Below, in pieces: positions 55,803-64,000 of a DNA stretch of 64,000 nt. The DNA is taken from contig JAHJEX010000074.1 in the NCBI GenBank assembly GCA_018825385.1, forward strand, positions 997 to 64,996. The letters are read 5' to 3'. A program made the translations under genes and the position numbers. This DNA is from Patescibacteria group bacterium (GTDB taxonomy: Bacteria; Patescibacteriota; Patescibacteriia; UM-FILTER-42-10). Under the pieces are notes generated by a model, which saw nothing but the letters and a program-made list of their open reading frames with translations, was not told where the DNA came from and did not search any database. How positions within the stretch are numbered: the stretch's first letter is position 1; each line of letters starts with the position of its first letter.

Positions 55803-56806
55803 TGTCCAGAAAAATTGGAATAGATCTTGGAACAGCAAATACGCTGGTTTATGTACCAAAGCGCGGTATTGTAATTAATGAACCATCGGTTGTTGCTATT
55901 TCTATTTCCGATAAAAAGGTTTTGGCAGTTGGCGTTGAAGCAAATGAAATGCTTGGTAGAACTCCCGATACCATCGTTGCATCTAGACCCCTAAAGGACG
56001 GCGTGATAGCTGATTATAAGACAACTGAAAGTATGCTGAGGTATTTTATTAACAAGGCGCTTGGTGGTGTCCGACTAGTCAGACCAGAGGTTATGATTGC
56101 AGTGCCGGCCGATATCACTTCGACTGAACGTCGTGCTGTAATTGATGCAACACTACAGGCTGGCGCTAAAGCAGCATATATTATTAAAGAACCAATTGCA
56201 GCAGCAATTGGATCAAATATACCTATTGGCTCTGCGTCTGGGCACATGATTATTGATATTGGGGGTGGTACCTCGGAAATTGCCGTAATTTCATTAGGAG
56301 GAATAGTTGCAAATAATTCGACGCGAACTGGTGGAAATAGATTTGACTATGCTATCGCAGAATATATTCGAAAAAAGTATAACTTAGCAATTGGGGAAAA
56401 AACTGCGGAGTTGTTAAAAATAAATATTGGATCCGCACTTCCATTAGACGATAAACTAACTAGTGATATTAGAGGCAGAGATATGGTAACAGGTCTGCCT
56501 CGCACTATTACTGCAACTAGTGACGATGTAACTGAAGCAATACAGGAGGAACTGAGAGCAATTGTTCTGGCTGTAAAAGATGTATTACAGGATACTCCAC
56601 CAGAGTTGGCTGCTGATATAATTGATAGAGGCATGGTGATTAGTGGTGGGGGAGGTTTGCTACGCAATATTGATAAACTTTTTGCGCGAACCACGGGTGT
56701 TCCGTCATACGTTGCAGATGATCCACTACTTGCAGTCGCTAAAGGTACGGGCATTGCACTGGAAAACCTGGAGTCCTATAAGCGCAGTATTTTAGAAACA
56801 AAATAA
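55802..56806 (+). CDS. mreB: Rod shape-determining actin homolog MreB/Mbl.
   Basis: IGIDLGTANTLVYV phosphate-1 motif, DIGGGTSEIAVISLGG, VISGGGGLLRNID. Confidence 0.85.
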   Translation: MSRKIGIDLGTANTLVYVPKRGIVINEPSVVAISISDKKVLAVGVEANEMLGRTPDTIVASRPLKDGVIADYKTTESMLRYFINKALGGVRLVRPEVMIAVPADITSTERRAVIDATLQAGAKAAYIIKEPIAAAIGSNIPIGSASGHMIIDIGGGTSEIAVISLGGIVANNSTRTGGNRFDYAIAEYIRKKYNLAIGEKTAELLKINIGSALPLDDKLTSDIRGRDMVTGLPRTITATSDDVTEAIQEELRAIVLAVKDVLQDTPPELAADIIDRGMVISGGGGLLRNIDKLFARTTGVPSYVADDPLLAVAKGTGIALENLESYKRSILETK

Positions 56807-56823
56807 ATTCATTCTTAAAAAGC

Positions 56824-58038
56824 ATGGTTATTGGTATTGATGCTTCGCGGGCAAACGAGGTAAAGAAAACCGGCACAGAATGGTATGCGTATCATCTGAT
56901 CCAGGAATTTAAGAAAATCGCTGATCCAAATGATCAGTTTATTTTGTATTCGAAGGAACCTCTGCGGGGGGAACTAGCAGAACTACCATCAAACTTTGTA
57001 AGCAAAGTTTTAAATTGGCCACCTAAATTTCTTTGGACTCAAGTTAGGCTTTCATTAGAAATGCTGCTTAAAAGGCCAAGTATCTTATTTGTCCCTGCAC
57101 ATACTATTCCTTTTATCCATCCCAAAAACACAGTCACAACCCTTCATGATGTAGGGTTTGAAAGATTTAGCAAACTTTATTCCAAAAAGATAATTGGGTA
57201 TCAATCATCATTTATAAAATTTCTCTTAAATATTTTAATAAGGCTTCTAACTTTGGGCAAATATGGAAGTAATGAATATGATTACCATCGATTTTCTGCT
57301 CGATTTGCACTTAAGCATGCAAAAACAGTTCTAACTATTTCAAAATTTTCGAAAAAAGAAATAGTTGAACTATTTGGCGTAAAATATGACCGGAAAATTA
57401 ATGTGATCCCATTGGCTCATGATAAATCCATATTAGAATTTGATTATTCTAGTGCGCGCATTAATCAAGTACTGAAGCAATACCATATTAGTCAACCGTT
57501 TATTTTATATATCGGAAGACTGGAGGAGAAAAAAAATATAGCTGGGCTTATTGATGCATTCCATAGTCTAAGAAGTGACTATGTATTTGATGGCCAGCTG
57601 GTATTAATTGGCAAGTCGGGATATCGTTTCGATGCCGTGATGCAAAACATAAAAAAATACAATTTAGAAAACTTTGTTATACTTCCAGGCTGGGTTACAG
57701 AGGAAGAAAGAGTTATCCTGCTCAGATCTGCGGCTGTTTTCATTTTTCCAAGCTTCTACGAGGGATTTGGCATTCCACTGCTTGAAGCAATGGCAGTAGG
57801 CGTTCCTGTAGTCGCATCAAATGTTGCATCGATTCCTGAGGTAGTAGGGGATGCTGCTGTACTAGTAGACCCTAATAGTCCAGAAGACCTGGCAAAATCA
57901 ACCTATAATGTCCTATGTAATCAAAATTCCCTGCGAGATAGCCTAGTGAATAGAGGATATAATCGTGCTAAAAATTTCAGTTGGGAAAAAACCGCTATTG
58001 CAACGCTAAAACAGATAATGAGTAGCATTAATAGTTGA
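56824..58038 (+). CDS. Family 4 glycosyltransferase.
   Basis: [38 protein letters not shown]. Confidence 0.8.
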   Translation: MVIGIDASRANEVKKTGTEWYAYHLIQEFKKIADPNDQFILYSKEPLRGELAELPSNFVSKVLNWPPKFLWTQVRLSLEMLLKRPSILFVPAHTIPFIHPKNTVTTLHDVGFERFSKLYSKKIIGYQSSFIKFLLNILIRLLTLGKYGSNEYDYHRFSARFALKHAKTVLTISKFSKKEIVELFGVKYDRKINVIPLAHDKSILEFDYSSARINQVLKQYHISQPFILYIGRLEEKKNIAGLIDAFHSLRSDYVFDGQLVLIGKSGYRFDAVMQNIKKYNLENFVILPGWVTEEERVILLRSAAVFIFPSFYEGFGIPLLEAMAVGVPVVASNVASIPEVVGDAAVLVDPNSPEDLAKSTYNVLCNQNSLRDSLVNRGYNRAKNFSWEKTAIATLKQIMSSINS

Positions 58039-58085
58039 CAAAATGCATCTTGAATGGTCCTTTAAATTGTGGTATCATTGGCTTG

Positions 58086-58107
58086 TCCTCAAATATGAGG
58101 ATTTTTT
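58086..58107 (+). terminator. Rho-independent terminator after glycan cluster II.
   Basis: TCCTCA / aata / TGAGGA hairpin followed by TTTTTT. Confidence 0.5.
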
Positions 58108-58138
58108 AAAATAATGCAGCTATAGCAAAATCACATAA

Positions 58139-59152
58139 ATGGGAAAAGGTACTTTTATCGGAAACAATCAGGTTGTTGAATTTCTGAAACGCGCTGTCCG
58201 TGACCAATTTTTTGTCCACGCATATCTTTTTGCAGGACCAAGCAAAATTGGTAAGTTTAGTCTCGCCAAAGATTTTGCAAAATCTGTTCTTTGCCAAAAT
58301 ATAAATAGAACCCGGGCAAATAAATTCTGCGGCAAGTGTGATGGATGCTTACAGTTTGACAAAGGTCTTCATGCCGATTTTCATTTGTTGCAAAAAGATG
58401 ACGATAAAAAGAATATACCTATTGAAGCAATTCGCTCGTTTCAGGAAAAGTTTTACAGAACATCACTTTTAACTGACAGAAAAGTTGGCATTATTGATAC
58501 GGCAGATACCTTAAATATTGAAGGTGCAAATGCACTTCTTAAAACATTGGAAGAGCCGCCAGGAAAATCTATTATTATACTGATTTCTGATAATTTAGAT
58601 TCGCTTCCTTCAACCGTAATTTCTCGCTGCCAAGTACTCCCTTTCACCATAGTGTCACGCTCAGAGATTGTAGCAATGCTCGAAGACATCGGCTGCAGTA
58701 GATCAACAGCAAACACTATTAGTCCATTATCTTTGGGAAGACCTGGTATTGCAGTAGAATTTTATAAAAACTCTAATAAACTTGAAAGGTACACAAAAGC
58801 CGTTCGCGAATTAATTAAAATTTATGATAATAGCATCGCAGAAAAGTTTAGCTTCATACAACATTTCCTTGGATCAAGAAAGTACCAAGAAAAATTAGAA
58901 GGCGCAACAGAATTATTGAGCCAGATTAGCATTATTATTCGCGATTGCGTGCTTATAAAAAGTGAGCTGGAAAAACAGATAGTAAATATTTCAGAGTTGA
59001 GCGCTCTTAAAAAGCTTTCGTTGGTATTTACATATTCTGACCTAATAAGCCAGCAAAAAAAAGTACAGTCCATTAAGGACAAACTGGTAAATAATATCAA
59101 CCCTCAATTGGCATTAGAAAATTACTTTTTAACTATGAAGGCCTATGCGTAA
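58139..59152 (+). CDS. holB: DNA polymerase III subunit delta'.
   Basis: AAA+ clamp-loader pattern HAYLFAGPSKIGK, Zn module CGKCDGC, and the SRC-like region. Confidence 0.75.
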   Translation: MGKGTFIGNNQVVEFLKRAVRDQFFVHAYLFAGPSKIGKFSLAKDFAKSVLCQNINRTRANKFCGKCDGCLQFDKGLHADFHLLQKDDDKKNIPIEAIRSFQEKFYRTSLLTDRKVGIIDTADTLNIEGANALLKTLEEPPGKSIIILISDNLDSLPSTVISRCQVLPFTIVSRSEIVAMLEDIGCSRSTANTISPLSLGRPGIAVEFYKNSNKLERYTKAVRELIKIYDNSIAEKFSFIQHFLGSRKYQEKLEGATELLSQISIIIRDCVLIKSELEKQIVNISELSALKKLSLVFTYSDLISQQKKVQSIKDKLVNNINPQLALENYFLTMKAYA

Positions 59153-60212
59153 ATCATATTTTTTCATTATAGTGCTATTACTTGCTTTTGTCGTAACGGG
59201 TGCAGGATGTATTAGTATATCTTCTACAAAATCCGTAGATGGTGGAGTTTTTCGCTCTGATGACAGTGCTGAAACATGGGCACAAAAGGCTTTTGTTCGA
59301 CAGGAAAAAAAGGACACAATTGCTATCAATAATGTAAATGTAATAACTATGCTTTTTCATCCTGACGATGAAGATACAATCTATTTAGGTACAGAGCGGA
59401 ATGGAATCTGGCGCACAAAAAACAGAGGAGAACAATGGGAGGCATTTGGTATTACCTCTGGCAACTACTCAACTATCAGCATTGACCCTCAATCACCAGA
59501 GATAGTGTACACTGCTACGGGATCTACTATCATAAAAACGACTGATGATGGGAAAAATTGGGAAACAATATATCTTGAACCAAGAAATCAAAATATTGTG
59601 TCAGTAAACATAGATAATTATGAACCTTCACGTTTACTTGCAGCTACACAAGACGCGCAAATAATCGAGAGTGCGGATTACGGTGAAACATGGACAACAA
59701 TTAATCCTGATATTCCATTGAAAACAACGCTTAAGCGATTGTACATTAACCCCTCAGATACTAGAGTTGTCTATGCAGTAACATTTAGCGATGGTATATA
59801 CAAATCAACGGACAAAGGAGCTAATTGGACATTGATAACTGAAGCTTTTATAGAATATCCAGGAGCAAATACAATAAACTGGTTCACATTTACTGAAAAG
59901 GATCCAAATATACTATATGTCGCAACAAATTATGGAATTCTAAAAAGTCCTGACGCCGGGGCAACATGGCTGCCAATTGAAACGCTTTTTCCTTTCGGTT
60001 CAGTTCCAATCTCAACTATTGATGTAAATCCAGACAACCATGATGAAATATATTTCACTATTGGTAAAGTAGTTCATAAAACTACAGATGCAAGTACTAC
60101 CTGGAAAACTATTGAAACATTTCCTTCGGGCCGAGGAATTACCAGTATTCTAGTTGATCGTGAAACACCTGGAACTATATACGCAGGAACGTATGCACCA
60201 AAGAAGAAATAA
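59145..60212 (+). CDS. BNR/Asp-box-repeat beta-propeller lipoprotein (sialidase/Ycf48-like fold).
   Basis: Lipobox VTGAGC after the signal peptide. At least five repeats of the xDxGxxW type (DDGKNWETI, DYGETWTTI, DKGANWTLI, DAGATWLPI, DASTTWKTI). Confidence 0.55.
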   Translation: MRKSYFFIIVLLLAFVVTGAGCISISSTKSVDGGVFRSDDSAETWAQKAFVRQEKKDTIAINNVNVITMLFHPDDEDTIYLGTERNGIWRTKNRGEQWEAFGITSGNYSTISIDPQSPEIVYTATGSTIIKTTDDGKNWETIYLEPRNQNIVSVNIDNYEPSRLLAATQDAQIIESADYGETWTTINPDIPLKTTLKRLYINPSDTRVVYAVTFSDGIYKSTDKGANWTLITEAFIEYPGANTINWFTFTEKDPNILYVATNYGILKSPDAGATWLPIETLFPFGSVPISTIDVNPDNHDEIYFTIGKVVHKTTDASTTWKTIETFPSGRGITSILVDRETPGTIYAGTYAPKKK

Positions 60213-60228
60213 TAACTAACAAAATTAC

Positions 60229-60780
60229 ATGGAATATATTGACGAATTCAAATTAAATGCCGAAAAGGCAATAGAGCATCTAAAAGCCGAACTTTCAAAA
60301 ATTCGATCGGGAAGAGCTATGCCTAGTTTGGTTGAAAATATCCCAGTGGAGTGTTATGGCAATATATCTCCACTAGTCCAACTAGCAACTATTACAGCAC
60401 CCGATCATGGATCATTGCTTATCCAGCCTTGGGATAAAGCTGTAATGAAGGAAATTGAGAAGGCAATTTACGCTTCTAATATTGGATTGTCTCCTGTTAA
60501 CGAAGGCCAGCATATTCGGGTCAGTATTCCTTCTTTAACAGAGGAAAAGCGACTGGAATTAGTAAAACTAATAAATGAGAGAGTTGAAGCTGCAAGGATT
60601 GCCGTTCGAAATACTAGAGAAATAGCAAATAACGATTTACGTACTCAAGAAAAGGACAAGACAATATCTAAAGATGATCTATTTGCCTCACAGAAAGATC
60701 TACAGAAAGAAACTGATTCATTTATTGAACAGATAAAAGTAATCGCCGAGAAAAAAGAAAAAGAAATAATGACCATTTAG
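60229..60780 (+). CDS. frr: Ribosome recycling factor.
   Basis: 183 aa with the classic RRF pattern (LSKIRSGRAMPSLVENIPVE...). Confidence 0.9.
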   Translation: MEYIDEFKLNAEKAIEHLKAELSKIRSGRAMPSLVENIPVECYGNISPLVQLATITAPDHGSLLIQPWDKAVMKEIEKAIYASNIGLSPVNEGQHIRVSIPSLTEEKRLELVKLINERVEAARIAVRNTREIANNDLRTQEKDKTISKDDLFASQKDLQKETDSFIEQIKVIAEKKEKEIMTI

Positions 60781-60783
60781 AAT

Positions 60784-61890
60784 ATGTTCACCATCCTTAT
60801 TTTAGTTGTAGTATTAGGGCTAATAATATTTGTCCACGAAGCTGGGCACTATTTTGCTGCAAAAAAGCTAGGCGCAACTGTCGAGGAATTTGGTTTTGGC
60901 TTCCCACCTCGAATCTTTGGGATAAAACGAAAAGGAACAATATATTCAATAAACTGGATTCCGTTTGGTGGTTTTGTGAAAATAAAGGGAGAAGCAGGAG
61001 AACATAAAGCAGATGCGGATAGTTTTGCATATCAAAAAATTTGGAAAAGAGCTGTTATTCTTTCTAGTGGCGTGTTTATGAATTTCGTTTTAGCTGTAGT
61101 TCTGCTGAGTATTGGGTTCTTTATCGGACTTCCTTCGGTCGTAACAGATGATATTCCTAAAGACAGAATGCATGATGAAAAGATCCAGGTCTTATCAGTA
61201 TTAGAAGAATCTCCTGCTTTTGAGGCGGGATTTGAAGTAGGAGATAATATTTTATCAGTCGATGGAAATGAATTCGCAACTGTTGACGATCTAATTGCTT
61301 ATACCACACCTAGATTGAACGAAACAGTGCACATCGAAACATCAAGAGGAAAAGAAATAATTCCGTATGATTTGACTCTAAAGGATTTGCAGGAGAATGG
61401 CGAGGCGAAAATGGGCGCAGGGCTTGTAGAAACCGCAATAGTTTCGTATCCATGGTATGAGGCAATATACCAAGGGATCAAAACATCAATTTCTGTAACG
61501 TGGCAAATTCTGATGGCATTTTATGAGCTATTAAAAAATCTAATTGTTGCACAAACAGTGCCTGCAGATATTTCTGGCCCGATAGGGATAGCTGTGATGA
61601 CATCAAGGGTTGCAAAGCTAGGGTTCATATATCTGCTCCAGTTTACCGCATTACTTTCAATTAATCTCATGATTTTAAATTTCTTGCCTTTCCCTGCACT
61701 AGATGGAGGACGCGTTTTGTTTTTACTGATTGAAAAACTTCGCGGTAAACCAGTAGGGCAAAAAGTGGAGTCAATGATACATACTGTTGGTTTCTTTATT
61801 CTGATAGGTCTTGTTGTGTTGGTCAGTGTGCGTGATGTTTCTCGATTCAAGGATAGTATTTTTGGATTTATGAAAAATTTAATAGGATAA
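60784..61890 (+). CDS. rseP: RIP site-2 metalloprotease RseP (M50 family) with PDZ domain.
   Basis: HEAGHY zinc motif, PDZ-like middle domain, and the C-terminal LDGG motif (FPALDGGRVLF). Confidence 0.85.
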   Translation: MFTILILVVVLGLIIFVHEAGHYFAAKKLGATVEEFGFGFPPRIFGIKRKGTIYSINWIPFGGFVKIKGEAGEHKADADSFAYQKIWKRAVILSSGVFMNFVLAVVLLSIGFFIGLPSVVTDDIPKDRMHDEKIQVLSVLEESPAFEAGFEVGDNILSVDGNEFATVDDLIAYTTPRLNETVHIETSRGKEIIPYDLTLKDLQENGEAKMGAGLVETAIVSYPWYEAIYQGIKTSISVTWQILMAFYELLKNLIVAQTVPADISGPIGIAVMTSRVAKLGFIYLLQFTALLSINLMILNFLPFPALDGGRVLFLLIEKLRGKPVGQKVESMIHTVGFFILIGLVVLVSVRDVSRFKDSIFGFMKNLIG

Positions 61891-61894
61891 CAAT

Positions 61895-63124
61895 ATGAAA
61901 CAATCCAAACTATTCCCAAAAACTAGCAAAACTGTATCTCGAGAGGAAATAAGTACAAATGCACAGTTCTTAGTGAAAGGCGGCTTTATAAATAAACTTA
62001 TGGCCGGCGTTTATACTTATATGCCACTTGGACTACGAGTCTTAAAGAAAATTGAAAACGTTATTCGGGAGGAAATAAATGCAATTGATGGACAGGAAAT
62101 TTTTATGCCGGCACTTCATCCCCATGAAAACTATGTTACAACCGGTCGCGAAAACATTGATGTACTATTTCATCCTGAATCGGTCTCAGGAAAAAAGTAC
62201 GTGCTTGGTCAAAGCCATGAGGAAGTAATTGTACCATTAGTTAAACAGTATATTAGCTCATACAAAGACCTCCCTTTATATCTGTATCAGATTCAGACAG
62301 AATTCAGAAATGAGCTAAGAGCCAAATCCGGCATTCTGCGGGGAAGAGAGTTTATGATGAAAGACTTGTATTCTTTCCATCGTGATGACAAGGACTTTGA
62401 TGAATACTACGAAAAAGCAAAGCTAGCATATATGAGTATATTCAGGCGCGTTGGGATTGGAAATTCTACCTATCTTACTTTTGCTTCGGGCGGAACTTTC
62501 TCTAAATATTCACACGTGTTTCAAACAATAACACATTCTGGAGAGGACACGATTTATTTGTGCAGGAAATGCCGAATTGCTGTTAATAAAGATATAGTTA
62601 ACGAGCAAAAGTCATGTCCCGAATGCCAAAGTACAGATTTAGAACCAGAAAAGTCAATTGAAGTCGGAAACATATTTCCACTGAAGACAAAGTTTTCAAA
62701 TGCGTTTCATTTATCCTACACTGATGAAAATGGGAACAGCCGAGAAGTAGTAATGGGATGCTATGGAATAGGACTAGGAAGAGTGCTGGGAACAGTTGTC
62801 GAGGTAAATAATGATGATAACGGTATTATCTGGCCAGACGAAATAGCCCCATTTGATGTTCACCTTATTAGTATTGACGCAGACAAAAATGGTAATGATA
62901 TTTACTCCACTTTACAGAAAAATGGAGTTGACGTATTATATGATGACCGAAAAGAATCAGCGGGTTCTAAGCTAAAGGATGCTGATTTGATTGGTATACC
63001 CATACGGCTCGTGGTAAGTAAAAAAACCGGAGATAAAGTTGAGATGAAGAAAAGGAAGGATAGTAAAGCCACGATATGCAGTTTAAATGAAGTGCTAGAT
63101 ACAATAAGTAAACAAAATGTTTAA
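61895..63124 (+). CDS. proS: Proline--tRNA ligase, short bacterial-type without INS editing domain. Contains a C4 zinc-ribbon-like insertion.
   Basis: Class II motifs (FLVKGGFINKLMAGVYTYMPLGLRVLKKIENVIREE, FRNELRAKSGILRGREFMMKD). 409 aa. Insertion CRKC-x14-CPEC at residues ~223-244. Confidence 0.85.
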   Translation: MKQSKLFPKTSKTVSREEISTNAQFLVKGGFINKLMAGVYTYMPLGLRVLKKIENVIREEINAIDGQEIFMPALHPHENYVTTGRENIDVLFHPESVSGKKYVLGQSHEEVIVPLVKQYISSYKDLPLYLYQIQTEFRNELRAKSGILRGREFMMKDLYSFHRDDKDFDEYYEKAKLAYMSIFRRVGIGNSTYLTFASGGTFSKYSHVFQTITHSGEDTIYLCRKCRIAVNKDIVNEQKSCPECQSTDLEPEKSIEVGNIFPLKTKFSNAFHLSYTDENGNSREVVMGCYGIGLGRVLGTVVEVNNDDNGIIWPDEIAPFDVHLISIDADKNGNDIYSTLQKNGVDVLYDDRKESAGSKLKDADLIGIPIRLVVSKKTGDKVEMKKRKDSKATICSLNEVLDTISKQNV

Positions 63125-64000
63125 TTCAATTTTCGGAAGATTCTCTCAAGATCTTGGAATTGACCTAGGAACGGCCAATACTTTGGTTTATGTGAAAGAT
63201 AAAGGTATTGTTATTAATGAACCGTCAATTGTTGCAATCAATACAAGAACTGACCAGATTCTTGCTGTTGGGACCGATGCAAAAAATATGATCGGGAAAA
63301 CTCCTGCCCATATTGTTGCAACTCGTCCACTCGCAGACGGTGTTATTTCTGATTTTGAGGTTACAGAAAAAATGCTTAAGCACTTCATTGAAAAGGTACA
63401 TAGAGAATCTTTTTCAATTCTCCCAAGACCACGAATTGTAATTGGAATCCCAATGAGTATTACCGAAGTCGAACGTAAAGCAGTTGAAGATGCTGCGTTG
63501 AATGCAGGTGCCCGTCAAGTTTTCTTAATCGAAGAGCCGATAGCAGCCGCTGTTGGTGCTAGACTCCCAATTCAAACCTCTACAGGAAGCCTTGTTGTTG
63601 ATATCGGGGGTGGGACAACCGAAATAGCGGTTATTTCTTTGGGTGGCATAGTCACTTGGAAGTCCTTGAGAGTTGCAGGAAATGAGCTAGATAGTAACAT
63701 TATTCAATACGCAAGAGATAAGTTTAACTTGCTACTTGGGGAGCGTACTGCAGAGCAAATAAAAATGGAAATCGGTTCAGCATTTCCTGATAAGGAAATC
63801 AAAGAAACAAAGATGCGTGGTAGAGACCTAATTACTGGTCTGCCGAAAGAGGTGACTATTAATTCTGCTCAACTTCAGGAAGCGCTTGCCAGAACCGTAA
63901 GATTATTTATAGAGAATATTAAATCGACAGTAGAAGCTACACCACCTGAATTAGTTGCAGATATTTATGAAAGAGGTTTGATTCTAACTGGTGGTGGAGC
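63117..64000 (+). CDS. mreB: Second MreB/Mbl-family actin homolog (paralog). 3'-partial at the window end.
   Basis: GIDLGTANTLVYV, DIGGGTTEIAVISLGG and LTGGG patterns. The ATG overlaps the proS stop. The frame runs open to position 64000. Confidence 0.8.
   Translation, partial: MFNSIFGRFSQDLGIDLGTANTLVYVKDKGIVINEPSIVAINTRTDQILAVGTDAKNMIGKTPAHIVATRPLADGVISDFEVTEKMLKHFIEKVHRESFSILPRPRIVIGIPMSITEVERKAVEDAALNAGARQVFLIEEPIAAAVGARLPIQTSTGSLVVDIGGGTTEIAVISLGGIVTWKSLRVAGNELDSNIIQYARDKFNLLLGERTAEQIKMEIGSAFPDKEIKETKMRGRDLITGLPKEVTINSAQLQEALARTVRLFIENIKSTVEATPPELVADIYERGLILTGGG

Noticed and set aside
1-64000. CRISPR arrays, rRNA genes, transposases, integrases and prophage blocks
   Set aside because: I scanned for short direct repeats with regular spacers and for characteristic rRNA, IS or integrase motifs and found none. 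The T4CP-like operon has no mobile-element hallmarks (flanked by secDF and mnmA, no tRNA or att-like repeats).

Overview
This window reads as a gene-dense, low-GC stretch of bacterial chromosome, almost entirely on the + strand with short or overlapping gene junctions. The gene content and the many reduced or fused proteins are consistent with a small Candidate Phyla Radiation (Patescibacteria)-like genome, but this is inferred from composition and gene content and was not confirmed. All domain assignments come from motifs I recognised by eye; no database search was run.

Recognisable blocks, in order:
- 1..1022: 5' part of a minus-strand GT-C (ArnT/PMT-like) glycosyltransferase.
- 1.4-12.1 kb: a division/cell-wall cluster (mraY, pgeF, murD, ftsW, murG, murC, murB) running directly into secA.
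- 12.1-15.4 kb: an inositol-monophosphatase-family gene, then a divergent, abutting pair made of an Elp3-like radical-SAM/GNAT enzyme and a Trm9-like class I methyltransferase.
- 15.5-19.5 kb: two paralogous secreted FG-GAP-repeat proteins with C-terminal L,D-transpeptidase (YkuD) domains, bracketing two small paralogous proteins.
- 19.6-22.1 kb: secD-secF, where SecD carries an inserted parvulin (PpiC-type) PPIase domain.
- 22.2-26.6 kb: a three-gene operon behind a canonical sigma70 promoter, encoding a sigma70-region-4 plus HARE-HTH protein, a bitopic membrane protein and a membrane-anchor-less TraD/VirD4-like P-loop ATPase with a very basic tail.
- 26.7-29.6 kb: mnmA and a short alaS.
- 29.8-33.7 kb: infA-rpmJ-rpsM-rpsK-rpsD-rpoA-rplQ-rplM-rpsI, with an rpoA that lacks the alpha-CTD.
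- 33.7-37.1 kb: surface-glycan cluster I (flippase, GT4, GT2).
- 37.1-38.7 kb: dus, a 105-aa unknown gene with a perfect SD, and a GC-rich structured element on the minus strand that ends in an intrinsic terminator. This may be a small RNA or an attenuating leader, and I could not classify it.
- 38.7-42.4 kb: a UPF0182 membrane protein and a Cas4-like PD-(D/E)XK nuclease.
- 42.5-49.4 kb: an operon of a Cache-HAMP sensor with no output domain, an ABC-2 exporter, SPFH and DUF2207.
- 49.4-49.6 kb: a complete stand-alone transcription unit (promoter, SD, 17-codon CPxCG Cys-rich ORF, terminator).
- 49.6-58.0 kb: glycan cluster II (GT2 x3, Wzy-like, DUF4012, GT4) with an embedded mreB.
- 58.1-64.0 kb: holB, a BNR-propeller lipoprotein, frr, rseP, proS and a second mreB.

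No CRISPR array, rRNA, tRNA, transposase or integrase was detected.
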